A DNA stretch of 64,000 bases, taken from NCBI RefSeq assembly GCF_009914755.1, contig NC_060931.1; one strand, given 5' to 3'. This document shows positions 50,408-64,000 of the stretch, in pieces. Each line of letters starts with the position of its first letter. Positions within the stretch are counted from its first letter, which is position 1. The notes beneath the pieces are model-generated. The model was not told the origin of the DNA and made no database searches. It worked only from the letters and a program-made list of their open reading frames with translations. Made by a program: the position numbers and the translations under genes. The DNA comes from the human T2T-CHM13v2.0 reference genome, Homo sapiens.

Positions 50408-53400
50408 CTTTTCATAGAGGAGTTTGGAAACACACTGTTTGTAAGGACTGCAAGTGGATATATGGACCTGTTTGAGGCCTTCGTTGGAAACGGGATTTCT
50501 TCATTGAATGCTAGACGGAAGAATTCTCAGTAAATTCTTTGTGTTGTGTGCATTCAAGTCATAGAGTGGAACGTCCCTTTAGACACAGCAGATTTGAAAC
50601 ACTCTTTTTGCGGAATTTGCAAGTGGAGATTTCTAGCCATTTGATGCCAACAGTAGAAAGGGAAATATCTTCAAATAAAAACCAGACAGAATCATTCTCA
50701 GCAAATTCTTTGTGATGTGTGCGTTCAACTCACATAGTTTAACCTTTCTTTTCATAGAGCAGTTTGGAAACACTCTGTTTGTAAAGTCTGCAAGTGGATA
50801 TATGGACCGCATTGAGGCCTTCGTTGGAAACGGGATTTCTTCATTTCATGCTAGACAGAAGAATTCTCAGTAACTTCTTTGTGCTGTGTGTATTCAACTC
50901 ACAGAGTGGAACGTCCCTTTGCACAGAGCAGATTTGAAACACTCTTTTTGTGGAGTTTGCAAGTGGAGATTTCAAGCGATTTGATGCCAACAGTAGAAAA
51001 GGAAATATCTTCAAATAAAAACTAGACAGAATCATTCTCAGAAACTACTTTGTGATGTGTGCCTTCAACTCACAGAGTTCAACCTTTCTTTTCTTAGAGC
51101 AGTTTAGAAACACTCTGCTTGTTATGTCTGCAAGTGGATATTTGGACCTCTTTGAGGCCTTCGTTGCAAACGGGGTTTCTTCCTTTCATGCTAGACTAAG
51201 AAGAGTTCTCAGTAACTTTTTTGTGTTGTGTGTATTCAACTCACAGAGTTGAACCTTGCTTTAGAGAGAGCAGATTTGAAACACTCTTGCTGTGGCATTT
51301 TCAGGTGGAGATTTCAAGCGATTTGAGGACAATTGCAGAAAAGGAAATATCTTCGTATAATAACCAGACAGAATCATTCTCAGAAAGTGCTTTGTGATGT
51401 GTGCGTTCAACTCACAGAGTTTAACCTTTCTTTTCATAGAGGAGTTTGGAAACACACTGTTTGTAAAGTCTGCAAGTGGATACATGGACCTGTTTGAGGC
51501 CTTCGTTGGAAACGGGATTTCTTCATTGAATGCTAGACGGAAGAATTCTCAGTAAATTCTTTGTGTTGTGTGCATTCAACTCACAGAGTGGAACGTCCCT
51601 TTAGACAGAGCAGATTTGAAACACTCTTTTTGCGGAATTTGCAAGTGGAGATTTCTAGCCATTTGATGCCAACAGTAGAAAGGGAAATATCTTCAAATAA
51701 AAACCAGACAGAATCATTCTCAGCAAATTCTTTGTGATGTGTGCGTTCAACTCACATAGTTTAACCTTTCTTTTCATAGAGCAGTTTGGAAACACTCTGT
51801 TTGTAAAGTCTGCAAGTGGATATATGGACCGCATTGAGGCCTTCGTTGGAAACGGGATTTCTTCATTTCATGCTAGACAGAAGAATTCTCAGTAACTTCT
51901 TTGTGCTGTGTGTATTCAACTCACAGAGTGGAACGTCCCTTTGCACAGAGCAGATTTGAAACACTCTTTTTGTGGAGTTTGCAAGTGGAGATTTCAAGCG
52001 ATTTGATGCCAACAGTAGAAAAGGAAATATCTTCAAATAAAAACTAGACAGAATCATTCTCAGAAACTACTTTGTGATGTGTGCCTTCAACTCACAGAGT
52101 TCAACCTTTCTTTTCTTAGAGCAGTTTAGAAACACTCTGCTTGTTATGTCTGCAAGTGGATATTTGGACCTCTTTGAGGCCTTCGTTGCAAACGGGGTTT
52201 CTTCCTTTCATGCTAGACTAAGAAGAGTTCTCAGTAACTTTTTTGTGTTGTGTGTATTCAACTCACAGAGTTGAACCTTGCTTTAGAGACAGCAGATTTG
52301 AAACACTCTTGCTGTGGCATTTTCAGGTGGAGATTTCAAGCGATTTGAGGACAATTGCAGAAAAGGAAATATCTTCGTATAATAACCAGACAGAATCATT
52401 CTCAGAAAGTGCTTTGTGATGTGTGCGTTCAACTCACAGAGTTTAACCTTTCTTTTCATAGAGGAGTTTGGAAACACACTGTTTGTAAAGTCTGCAAGTG
52501 GATACATGGACCTGTTTGAGGCCTTCGTTGGAAACGGGATTTCTTCATTGAATGCTAGACGGAAGAATTCTCAGTAAATTCTTTGTGTTGTGTGCATTCA
52601 ACTCACAGAGTGGAACGTCCCTTTAGACAGAGCAGATTTGAAACACTCTTTTTGCGGAATTTGCAAGTGGAGATTTCTAGCCATTTGATGCCAACAGTAG
52701 AAAGGGAAATATCTTCAAATAAAAACCAGACAGAATCATTCTCAGAAAATTCTTTGTGATGTGTGCGTTCAACTCACATAGTTTAACCTTTCTTTTCATA
52801 GAGCAGTTTGGAAACACTCTGTTTGTAAAGTCTGCAAGTGGATATATGGACCGCATTGAGGCCTTCGTTGGAAACGGGATTTCTTCATTTCATGCTAGAC
52901 AGAAGAATTCTCAGTAACTTCTTTGTGCTGTGTGTATTCAACTCACAGAGTGGAACGTCCCTTTACACAGAGCAGATTTGAAACACTCTTTTTGTGGAGT
53001 TTGCAAGTGGAGATTTCAAGCGATTTGATGCCAACAGTAGAAAAGGAAATATCTTCAAATAAAAACTAGACAGAATCATTCTCAGAAACTACTTTGTGAT
53101 GTGTGCCTTCAACTCACAGAGTTTAACCTTTCTTTTCTTAGAGCAGTTTAGAAACACTCTGCTTGTTATGACTGCAAGTGGATATTTGGACCTCTTTGAG
53201 GCCTTCGTTGCAAACGGGGTTTCTTCCTTTCATGCTAGACTAAGAAGAGTTCTCAGTAACTTTTTTGTGTTGTGTGTATTCAACTCACAGAGTTGAACCT
53301 TGCTTTAGAGAGAGCAGATTTGAAACACTCTTGCTGTGGCATTTTCAGGTGGAGATTTCAAGCGATTTGAGGACAATTGCAGAAAAGGAAATATCTTCGT

Positions 53401-56400
53401 ATAATAACCAGACAGAATCATTCTCAGAAAGTGCTTTGTGATGTGTGCGTTCAACTCACAGAGTTTAACCTTTCTTTTCATAGAGGAGTTTGGAAACACA
53501 CTGTTTGTAAGGACTGCAAGTGGATATATGGACCTGTTTGAGGCCTTCGTTGGAAACGGGATTTCTTCATTGAATGCTAGACGGAAGAATTCTCAGTAAA
53601 TTCTTTGTGTTGTGTGCATTCAAGTCATAGAGTGGAACGTCCCTTTAGACACAGCAGATTTGAAACACTCTTTTTGCGGAATTTGCAAGTGGAGATTTCT
53701 AGCCATTTGATGCCAACAGTAGAAAGGGAAATATCTTCAAATAAAAACCAGACAGAATCATTCTCAGCAAATTCTTTGTGATGTGTGCGTTCAACTCACA
53801 TAGTTTAACCTTTCTTTTCATAGAGCAGTTTGGAAACACTCTGTTTGTAAAGTCTGCAAGTGGATATATGGACCGCATTGAGGCCTTCGTTGGAAACGGG
53901 ATTTCTTCATTTCATGCTAGACAGAAGAATTCTCAGTAACTTCTTTGTGCTGTGTGTATTCAACTCACAGAGTGGAACGTCCCTTTGCACAGAGCAGATT
54001 TGAAACACTCTTTTTGTGGAGTTTGCAAGTGGAGATTTCAAGCGATTTGATGCCAACAGTAGAAAAGGAAATATCTTCAAATAAAAACTAGACAGAATCA
54101 TTCTCAGAAACTACTTTGTGATGTGTGCCTTCAACTCACAGAGTTCAACCTTTCTTTTCTTAGAGCAGTTTAGAAACACTCTGCTTGTTATGTCTGCAAG
54201 TGGATATTTGGACCTCTTTGAGGCCTTCGTTGCAAACGGGGTTTCTTCCTTTCATGCTAGACTAAGAAGAGTTCTCAGTAACTTTTTTGTGTTGTGTGTA
54301 TTCAACTCACAGAGTTGAACCTTGCTTTAGAGAGAGCAGATTTGAAACACTCTTGCTGTGGCATTTTCAGGTGGAGATTTCAAGCGATTTGAGGACAATT
54401 GCAGAAAAGGAAATATCTTCGTATAATAACCAGACAGAATCATTCTCAGAAAGTGCTTTGTGATGTGTGCGTTCAACTCACAGAGTTTAACCTTTCTTTT
54501 CATAGAGGAGTTTGGAAACACACTGTTTGTAAAGTCTGCAAGTGGATACATGGACCTGTTTGAGGCCTTCGTTGGAAACGGGATTTCTTCATTGAATGCT
54601 AGACGGAAGAATTCTCAGTAAATTCTTTGTGTTGTGTGCATTCAACTCACAGAGTGGAACGTCCCTTTAGACAGAGCAGATTTGAAACACTCTTTTTGCG
54701 GAATTTGCAAGTGGAGATTTCTAGCCATTTGATGCCAACAGTAGAAAGGGAAATATCTTCAAATAAAAACCAGACAGAATCATTCTCAGCAAATTCTTTG
54801 TGATGTGTGCGTTCAACTCACATAGTTTAACCTTTCTTTTCATAGAGCAGTTTGGAAACACTCTGTTTGTAAAGTCTGCAAGTGGATATATGGACCGCAT
54901 TGAGGCCTTCGTTGGAAACGGGATTTCTTCATTTCATGCTAGACAGAAGAATTCTCAGTAACTTCTTTGTGCTGTGTGTATTCAACTCACAGAGTGGAAC
55001 GTCCCTTTGCACAGAGCAGATTTGAAACACTCTTTTTGTGGAGTTTGCAAGTGGAGATTTCAAGCGATTTGATGCCAACAGTAGAAAAGGAAATATCTTC
55101 AAATAAAAACTAGACAGAATCATTCTCAGAAACTACTTTGTGATGTGTGCCTTCAACTCACAGAGTTCAACCTTTCTTTTCTTAGAGCAGTTTAGAAACA
55201 CTCTGCTTGTTATGTCTGCAAGTGGATATTTGGACCTCTTTGAGGCCTTCGTTGCAAACGGGGTTTCTTCCTTTCATGCTAGACTAAGAAGAGTTCTCAG
55301 TAACTCTTTTGTGTTGTGTGTATTCAACTCACAGAGTTGAACCTTGCTTTAGAGACAGCAGATTTGAAACACTCTTGCTGTGGCATTTTCAGGTGGAGAT
55401 TTCAAGCGATTTGAGGACAATTGCAGAAAAGGAAATATCTTCGTATAATAACCAGACAGAATCATTCTCAGAAAGTGCTTTGTGATGTGTGCGTTCAACT
55501 CACAGAGTTTAACCTTTCTTTTCATAGAGGAGTTTGGAAACACACTGTTTGTAAAGTCTGCAAGTGGATACATGGACCTGTTTGAGGCCTTCGTTGGAAA
55601 CGGGATTTCTTCATTGAATGCTAGACGGAAGAATTCTCAGTAAATTCTTTGTGTTGTGTGCATTCAACTCACAGAGTGGAACGTCCCTTTAGACAGAGCA
55701 GATTTGAAACACTCTTTTTGCGGAATTTGCAAGTGGAGATTTCTAGCCATTTGATGCCAACAGTAGAAAGGGAAATATCTTCAAATAAAAACCAGACAGA
55801 ATCATTCTCAGAAAATTCTTTGTGATGTGTGCGTTCAACTCACATAGTTTAACCTTTCTTTTCATAGAGCAGTTTGGAAACACTCTGTTTGTAAAGTCTG
55901 CAAGTGGATATATGGACCGCATTGAGGCCTTCGTTGGAAACGGGATTTCTTCATTTCATGCTAGACAGAAGAATTCTCAGTAACTTCTTTGTGCTGTGTG
56001 TATTCAACTCACAGAGTGGAACGTCCCTTTACACAGAGCAGATTTGAAACACTCTTTTTGTGGAGTTTGCAAGTGGAGATTTCAAGCGATTTGATGCCAA
56101 CAGTAGAAAAGGAAATATCTTCAAATAAAAACTAGACAGAATCATTCTCAGAAACTACTTTGTGATGTGTGCCTTCAACTCACAGAGTTCAACCTTTCTT
56201 TTCTTAGAGCAGTTTAGAAACACTCTGCTTGTTATGTCTGCAAGTGGATATTTGGACCTCTTTGAGGCCTTCGTTGCAAACGGGGTTTCTTCCTTTCATG
56301 CTAGACTAAGAAGAGTTCTCAGTAACTTTTTTGTGTTGTGTGTATTCAACTCACAGAGTTGAACCTTGCTTTAGAGAGAGCAGATTTGAAACACTCTTGC

Positions 56401-59400
56401 TGTGGCATTTTCAGGTGGAGATTTCAAGCGATTTGAGGACAATTGCAGAAAAGGAAATATCTTCGTATAATAACCAGACAGAATCATTCTCAGAAAGTGC
56501 TTTGTGATGTGTGCGTTCAACTCACAGAGTTTAACCTTTCTTTTCATAGAGGAGTTTGGAAACACACTGTTTGTAAAGTCTGCAAGTGGATACATGGACC
56601 TGTTTGAGGCCTTCGTTGGAAACGGGATTTCTTCATTGAATGCTAGACGGAAGAATTCTCAGTAAATTCTTTGTGTTGTGTGCATTCAACTCACAGAGTG
56701 GAACGTCCCTTTAGACAGAGCAGATTTGAAACACTCTTTTTGCGGAATTTGCAAGTGGAGATTTCTAGCCATTTGATGCCAACAGTAGAAAGGGAAATAT
56801 CTTCAAATAAAAACCAGACAGAATCATTCTCAGCAAATTCTTTGTGATGTGTGCGTTCAACTCACATAGTTTAACCTTTCTTTTCATAGAGCAGTTTGGA
56901 AACACTCTGTTTGTAAAGTCTGCAAGTGGATATATGGACCGCATTGAGGCCTTCGTTGGAAACGGGATTTCTTCATTTCATGCTAGACAGAAGAATTCTC
57001 AGTAACTTCTTTGTGCTGTGTGTATTCAACTCACAGAGTGGAACGTCCCTTTGCACAGAGCAGATTTGAAACACTCTTTTTGTGGAGTTTGCAAGTGGAG
57101 ATTTCAAGCGATTTGATGCCAACAGTAGAAAAGGAAATATCTTCAAATAAAAACTAGACAGAATCATTCTCAGAAACTACTTTGTGATGTGTGCCTTCAA
57201 CTCACAGAGTTCAACCTTTCTTTTCTTAGAGCAGTTTAGAAACACTCTGCTTGTTATGTCTGCAAGTGGATATTTGGACCTCTTTGAGGCCTTCGTTGCA
57301 AACGGGGTTTCTTCCTTTCATGCTAGACTAAGAAGAGTTCTCAGTAACTTTTTTGTGTTGTGTGTATTCAACTCACAGAGTTGAACCTTGCTTTAGAGAC
57401 AGCAGATTTGAAACACTCTTGCTGTGGCATTTTCAGGTGGAGATTTCAAGCGATTTGAGGACAATTGCAGAAAAGGAAATATCTTCGTATAATAACCAGA
57501 CAGAATCATTCTCAGAAAGTGCTTTGTGATGTGTGCGTTCAACTCACAGAGTTTAACCTTTCTTTTCATAGAGGAGTTTGGAAACACACTGTTTGTAAAG
57601 TCTGCAAGTGGATACATGGACCTGTTTGAGGCCTTCGTTGGAAACGGGATTTCTTCATTGAATGCTAGACGGAAGAATTCTCAGTAAATTCTTTGTGTTG
57701 TGTGCATTCAACTCACAGAGTGGAACGTCCCTTTAGACAGAGCAGATTTGAAACACTCTTTTTGCGGAATTTGCAAGTGGAGATTTCTAGCCATTTGATG
57801 CCAACAGTAGAAAGGGAAATATCTTCAAATAAAAACCAGACAGAATCATTCTCAGAAAATTCTTTGTGATGTGTGCGTTCAACTCACATAGTTTAACCTT
57901 TCTTTTCATAGAGCAGTTTGGAAACACTCTGTTTGTAAAGTCTGCAAGTGGATATATGGACCGCATTGAGGCCTTCGTTGGAAACGGGATTTCTTCATTT
58001 CATGCTAGACAGAAGAATTCTCAGTAACTTCTTTGTGCTGTGTGTATTCAACTCACAGAGTGGAACGTCCCTTTACACAGAGCAGATTTGAAACACTCTT
58101 TTTGTGGAGTTTGCAAGTGGAGATTTCAAGCGATTTGATGCCAACAGTAGAAAAGGAAATATCTTCAAATAAAAACTAGACAGAATCATTCTCAGAAACT
58201 ACTTTGTGATGTGTGCCTTCAACTCACAGAGTTTAACCTTTCTTTTCTTAGAGCAGTTTAGAAACACTCTGCTTGTTATGACTGCAAGTGGATATTTGGA
58301 CCTCTTTGAGGCCTTCGTTGCAAACGGGGTTTCTTCCTTTCATGCTAGACTAAGAAGAGTTCTCAGTAACTTTTTTGTGTTGTGTGTATTCAACTCACAG
58401 AGTTGAACCTTGCTTTAGAGAGAGCAGATTTGAAACACTCTTGCTGTGGCATTTTCAGGTGGAGATTTCAAGCGATTTGAGGACAATTGCAGAAAAGGAA
58501 ATATCTTCGTATAATAACCAGACAGAATCATTCTCAGAAAGTGCTTTGTGATGTGTGCGTTCAACTCACAGAGTTTAACCTTTCTTTTCATAGAGGAGTT
58601 TGGAAACACACTGTTTGTAAGGACTGCAAGTGGATATATGGACCTGTTTGAGGCCTTCGTTGGAAACGGGATTTCTTCATTGAATGCTAGACGGAAGAAT
58701 TCTCAGTAAATTCTTTGTGTTGTGTGCATTCATGTCATAGAGTGGAACGTCCCTTTAGACACAGCAGATTTGAAACACTCTTTTTGCGGAATTTGCAAGT
58801 GGAGATTTCTAGCCATTTGATGCCAACAGTAGAAAGGGAAATATCTTCAAATAAAAACCAGACAGAATCATTCTCAGCAAATTCTTTGTGATGTGTGCGT
58901 TCAACTCACATAGTTTAACCTTTCTTTTCATAGAGCAGTTTGGAAACACTCTGTTTGTAAAGTCTGCAAGTGGATATATGGACCGCATTGAGGCCTTCGT
59001 TGGAAACGGGATTTCTTCATTTCATGCTAGACAGAAGAATTCTCAGTAACTTCTTTGTGCTGTGTGTATTCAACTCACAGAGTGGAACGTCCCTTTGCAC
59101 AGAGCAGATTTGAAACACTCTTTTTGTGGAGTTTGCAAGTGGAGATTTCAAGCGATTTGATGCCAACAGTAGAAAAGGAAATATCTTCAAATAAAAACTA
59201 GACAGAATCATTCTCAGAAACTACTTTGTGATGTGTGCCTTCAACTCACAGAGTTCAACCTTTCTTTTCTTAGAGCAGTTTAGAAACACTCTGCTTGTTA
59301 TGTCTGCAAGTGGATATTTGGACCTCTTTGAGGCCTTCGTTGCAAACGGGGTTTCTTCCTTTCATGCTAGACTAAGAAGAGTTCTCAGTAACTTTTTTGT

Positions 59401-62400
59401 GTTGTGTGTATTCAACTCACAGAGTTGAACCTTGCTTTAGAGAGAGCAGATTTGAAACACTCTTGCTGTGGCATTTTCAGGTGGAGATTTCAAGCGATTT
59501 GAGGACAATTGCAGAAAAGGAAATATCTTCGTATAATAACCAGACAGAATCATTCTCAGAAAGTGCTTTGTGATGTGTGCGTTCAACTCACAGAGTTTAA
59601 CCTTTCTTTTCATAGAGGAGTTTGGAAACACACTGTTTGTAAAGTCTGCAAGTGGATACATGGACCTGTTTGAGGCCTTCGTTGGAAACGGGATTTCTTC
59701 ATTGAATGCTAGACGGAAGAATTCTCAGTAAATTCTTTGTGTTGTGTGCATTCAACTCACAGAGTGGAACGTCCCTTTAGACAGAGCAGATTTGAAACAC
59801 TCTTTTTGCGGAATTTGCAAGTGGAGATTTCTAGCCATTTGATGCCAACAGTAGAAAGGGAAATATCTTCAAATAAAAACCAGACAGAATCATTCTCAGC
59901 AAATTCTTTGTGATGTGTGCGTTCAACTCACATAGTTTAACCTTTCTTTTCATAGAGCAGTTTGGAAACACTCTGTTTGTAAAGTCTGCAAGTGGATATA
60001 TGGACCGCATTGAGGCCTTCGTTGGAAACGGGATTTCTTCATTTCATGCTAGACAGAAGAATTCTCAGTAACTTCTTTGTGCTGTGTGTATTCAACTCAC
60101 AGAGTGGAACGTCCCTTTGCACAGAGCAGATTTGAAACACTCTTTTTGTGGAGTTTGCAAGTGGAGATTTCAAGCGATTTGATGCCAACAGTAGAAAAGG
60201 AAATATCTTCAAATAAAAACTAGACAGAATCATTCTCAGAAACTACTTTGTGATGTGTGCCTTCAACTCACAGAGTTCAACCTTTCTTTTCTTAGAGCAG
60301 TTTAGAAACACTCTGCTTGTTATGTCTGCAAGTGGATATTTGGACCTCTTTGAGGCCTTCGTTGCAAACGGGGTTTCTTCCTTTCATGCTAGACTAAGAA
60401 GAGTTCTCAGTAACTTTTTTGTGTTGTGTGTATTCAACTCACAGAGTTGAACCTTGCTTTAGAGACAGCAGATTTGAAACACTCTTGCTGTGGCATTTTC
60501 AGGTGGAGATTTCAAGCGATTTGAGGACAATTGCAGAAAAGGAAATATCTTCGTATAATAACCAGACAGAATCATTCTCAGAAAGTGCTTTGTGATGTGT
60601 GCGTTCAACTCACAGAGTTTAACCTTTCTTTTCATAGAGGAGTTTGGAAACACACTGTTTGTAAAGTCTGCAAGTGGATACATGGACCTGTTTGAGGCCT
60701 TCGTTGGAAACGGGATTTCTTCATTGAATGCTAGACGGAAGAATTCTCAGTAAATTCTTTGTGTTGTGTGCATTCAACTCACAGAGTGGAACGTCCCTTT
60801 AGACAGAGCAGATTTGAAACACTCTTTTTGCGGAATTTGCAAGTGGAGATTTCTAGCCATTTGATGCCAACAGTAGAAAGGGAAATATCTTCAAATAAAA
60901 ACCAGACAGAATCATTCTCAGAAAATTCTTTGTGATGTGTGCGTTCAACTCACATAGTTTAACCTTTCTTTTCATAGAGCAGTTTGGAAACACTCTGTTT
61001 GTAAAGTCTGCAAGTGGATATATGGACCGCATTGAGGCCTTCGTTGGAAACGGGATTTCTTCATTTCATGCTAGACAGAAGAATTCTCAGTAACTTCTTT
61101 GTGCTGTGTGTATTCAACTCACAGAGTGGAACGTCCCTTTGCACAGAGCAGATTTGAAACACTCTTTTTGTGGAGTTTGCAAGTGGAGATTTCAAGCGAT
61201 TTGATGCCAACAGTAGAAAAGGAAATATCTTCAAATAAAAACTAGACAGAATCATTCTCAGAAACTACTTTGTGATGTGTGCCTTCAACTCACAGAGTTT
61301 AACCTTTCTTTTCTTAGAGCAGTTTAGAAACACTCTGCTTGTTATGTCTGCAAGTGGATATTTGGACCTCTTTGAGGCCTTCGTTGCAAACGGGGTTTCT
61401 TCCTTTCATGCTAGACTAAGAAGAGTTCTCAGTAACTTTTTTGTGTTGTGTGTATTCAACTCACAGAGTTGAACCTTGCTTTAGAGAGAGCAGATTTGAA
61501 ACACTCTTGCTGTGGCATTTTCAGGTGGAGATTTCAAGCGATTTGAGGACAATTGCAGAAAAGGAAATATCTTCGTATAATAACCAGACAGAATCATTCT
61601 CAGAAAGTGCTTTGTGATGTGTGCGTTCAACTCACAGAGTTTAACCTTTCTTTTCATAGAGGAGTTTGGAAACACACTGTTTGTAAAGTCTGCAAGTGGA
61701 TACATGGACCTGTTTGAGGCCTTCGTTGGAAACGGGATTTCTTCATTGAATGCTAGACGGAAGAATTCTCAGTAAATTCTTTGTGTTGTGTGCATTCAAC
61801 TCACAGAGTGGAACGTCCCTTTAGACAGAGCAGATTTGAAACACTCTTTTTGCGGAATTTGCAAGTGGAGATTTCTAGCCATTTGATGCCAACAGTAGAA
61901 AGGGAAATATCTTCAAATAAAAACCAGACAGAATCATTCTCAGAAAATTCTTTGTGATGTGTGCGTTCAACTCACATAGTTTAACCTTTCTTTTCATAGA
62001 GCAGTTTGGAAACACTCTGTTTGTAAAGTCTGCAAGTGGATATATGGACCGCTTTGAGGCCTTCGTTGGAAACGGGATTTCTTCATTTCATGCTAGACAG
62101 AAGAATTCTCAGTAACTTCTTTGTGCTGTGTGTATTCAACTCACAGAGTGGAACGTCCCTTTGCACAGAGCAGATTTGAAACACTCTTTTTGTGGAGTTT
62201 GCAAGTGGAGATTTCAAGCGATTTGATGCCAACAGTAGAAAAGGAAATATCTTCAAATAAAAACTAGACAGAATCATTCTCAGAAACTACTTTGTGATGT
62301 GTGCCTTCAACTCACAGAGTTTAACCTTTCTTTTCTTAGAGCAGTTTAGAAACACTCTGCTTGTTATGTCTGCAAGTGGATATTTGGACCTCTTTGAGGC

Positions 62401-63697
62401 CTTCGTTGCAAACGGGGTTTCTTCCTTTCATGCTAGACTAAGAAGAGTTCTCAGTAACTTTTTTGTGTTGTGTGTATTCAACTCACAGAGTTGAACCTTG
62501 CTTTAGAGAGAGCAGATTTGAAACACTCTTGCTGTGGCATTTTCAGGTGGAGATTTCAAGCGATTTGAGGACAATTGCAGAAAAGGAAATATCTTCGTAT
62601 AATAACCAGACAGAATCATTCTCAGAAAGTGCTTTGTGATGTGTGCGTTCAACTCACAGAGTTTAACCTTTCTTTTCATAGAGGAGTTTGGAAACACACT
62701 GTTTGTAAAGTCTGCAAGTGGATACATGGACCTGTTTGAGGCCTTCGTTGGAAACGGGATTTCTTCATTGAATGCTAGACGGAAGAATTCTCAGTAAATT
62801 CTTTGTGTTGTGTGCATTCAACTCACAGAGTGGAACGTCCCTTTAGACAGAGCAGATTTGAAACACTCTTTTTGCGGAATTTGCAAGTGGAGATTTCTAG
62901 CCATTTGATGCCAACAGTAGAAAGGGAAATATCTTCAAATAAAAACCAGACAGAATCATTCTCAGAAAATTCTTTGTGATGTGTGCGTTCAACTCACATA
63001 GTTTAACCTTTCTTTTCATAGAGCAGTTTGGAAACACTCTGTTTGTAAAGTCTGCAAGTGGATATATGGACCGCATTGAGGCCTTCGTTGGAAACGGGAT
63101 TTCTTCATTTCATGCTAGACAGAAGAATTCTCAGTAACTTCTTTGTGCTGTGTGTATTCAACTCACAGAGTGGAACGTCCCTTTACACAGAGCAGATTTG
63201 AAACACTCTTTTTGTGGAGTTTGCAAGTGGAGATTTCAAGCGATTTGATGCCAACAGTAGAAAAGGAAATATCTTCAAATAAAAACTAGACAGAATCATT
63301 CTCAGAAACTACTTTGTGATGTGTGCCTTCAACTCACAGAGTTTAACCTTTCTTTTCTTAGAGCAGTTTAGAAACACTCTGCTTGTTATGTCTGCAAGTG
63401 GATATTTGGACCTCTTTGAGGCCTTCGTTGCAAACGGGGTTTCTTCCTTTCATGCTAGACTAAGAAGAGTTCTCAGTAACTTTTTTGTGTTGTGTGTATT
63501 CAACTCACAGAGTTGAACCTTGCTTTAGAGAGAGCAGATTTGAAACACTCTTGCTGTGGCATTTTCAGGTGGAGATTTCAAGCGATTTGAGGACAATTGC
63601 AGAAAAGGAAATATCTTCGTATAATAACCAGACAGAATCATTCTCAGAAAGTGCTTTGTGATGTGTGCGTTCAACTCACAGAGTTTAACCTTTCTTT
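50408..63697 (+). repeat. Near-identical copy of block 1-13290 (offset 50407 bp)
   Basis: The same ordered series of 13 HOR SNV haplotypes occurs in both places (also visible as the S/L, MTAS and CCL pattern in the ORF track); e.g. accgcTttga at 11641 and 62048. Confidence 0.9.
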
Positions 63698-64000
63698 TCA
63701 TAGAGGAGTTTGGAAACACACTGTTTGTAAGGACTGCAAGTGGATATATGGACCTGTTTGAGGCCTTCGTTGGAAACGGGATTTCTTCATTGAATGCTAG
63801 ACGGAAGAATTCTCAGTAAATTCTTTGTGTTGTGTGCATTCAACTCACAGAGTGGAACGTCCCTTTAGACACAGCAGATTTGAAACACTCTTTTTGCGGA
63901 ATTTGCAAGTGGAGATTTCTAGCCATTTGATGCCAACAGTAGAAAGGGAAATATCTTCAAATAAAAACCAGACAGAATCATTCTCAGCAAATTCTTTGTG

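Larger units (their letters stand above)
1..64000 (+). repeat. Alpha-satellite HOR array, SF1-type dimeric, 1022-bp 6-mer; probably human chromosome 7 D7Z1 (S1C7H1L)
   Basis: Seen: ~170-bp monomers with alphoid motifs (CATTCTCAGAAA, TTCAACTCACAGAG, TTTGAAACACTC, TGCAAGTGGA), 340-bp dimer periodicity and an exact 1022-bp period (dimer-C anchor at 645, 1667, 2689...; 58 intact C dimers). EcoRI sites occur in dimers A and B only (114, 454, next 1136), giving 340+682 bp fragments. Established: D7Z1 is an SF1 6-mer of ~1.02 kb. Alpha-satellite identity is essentially certain; the chromosome assignment is recognition plus inference (~0.8). Confidence 0.98.

Noticed and set aside
434-63719. Three recurring 64-74 aa ORF families (MILSSF..., MMCAFN..., MYPLAD.../MFPNSS...)
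   Set aside because: They are chance open frames in alpha satellite repeated every 1022 bp. They appear and vanish with single SNVs, show no recognisable domain, and were used only as positional markers.
1-64000. CRISPR-like array or repeat-associated prokaryotic system
   Set aside because: There are no unique spacers and no cas or other genes; the sequence between conserved motifs is itself repeated alphoid DNA.
1-64000. L1/Alu insertion, inversion or array edge
   Set aside because: All anchor spacings are explained by 1022, 1020, 1019 and 680 bp units, and all CENP-B boxes are on the same strand, leaving no room for foreign sequence.
1-64000. Claim that this window is the kinetochore site (CENP-A domain / CDR)
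   Set aside because: High homogeneity and dense CENP-B boxes fit an active array, but kinetochore position is epigenetic and needs methylation or CENP-A data.

Overview
The whole 64 kb is one uninterrupted, head-to-tail, single-orientation primate (almost certainly human) centromeric alpha-satellite array. It has a suprachromosomal-family-1 (dimeric) organisation with a 1022-bp six-monomer higher-order repeat (HOR) made of three dimers. I call them A, B and C (340+340+342 bp), and each carries a CENP-B box. The best fit is the chromosome 7 active array D7Z1 (S1C7H1L), but this was not confirmed by alignment. I see no genes, RNA genes, transposons, inversions or CRISPR arrays; all listed ORFs are artefacts of the repeat. 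I do not see a new protein-coding system. The informative signal is in the variants: six HORs that lost dimer C at an identical junction, a composite rearranged segment at 48.3-50.0 kb, and nested block duplications at 5.1, 5.8, 11.9/10.9 and 50.4 kb offsets. There is also one CENP-B box with a mutated core base, and identical substitutions at homologous positions of different dimers. All SNV comparisons were made by eye and may be incomplete.
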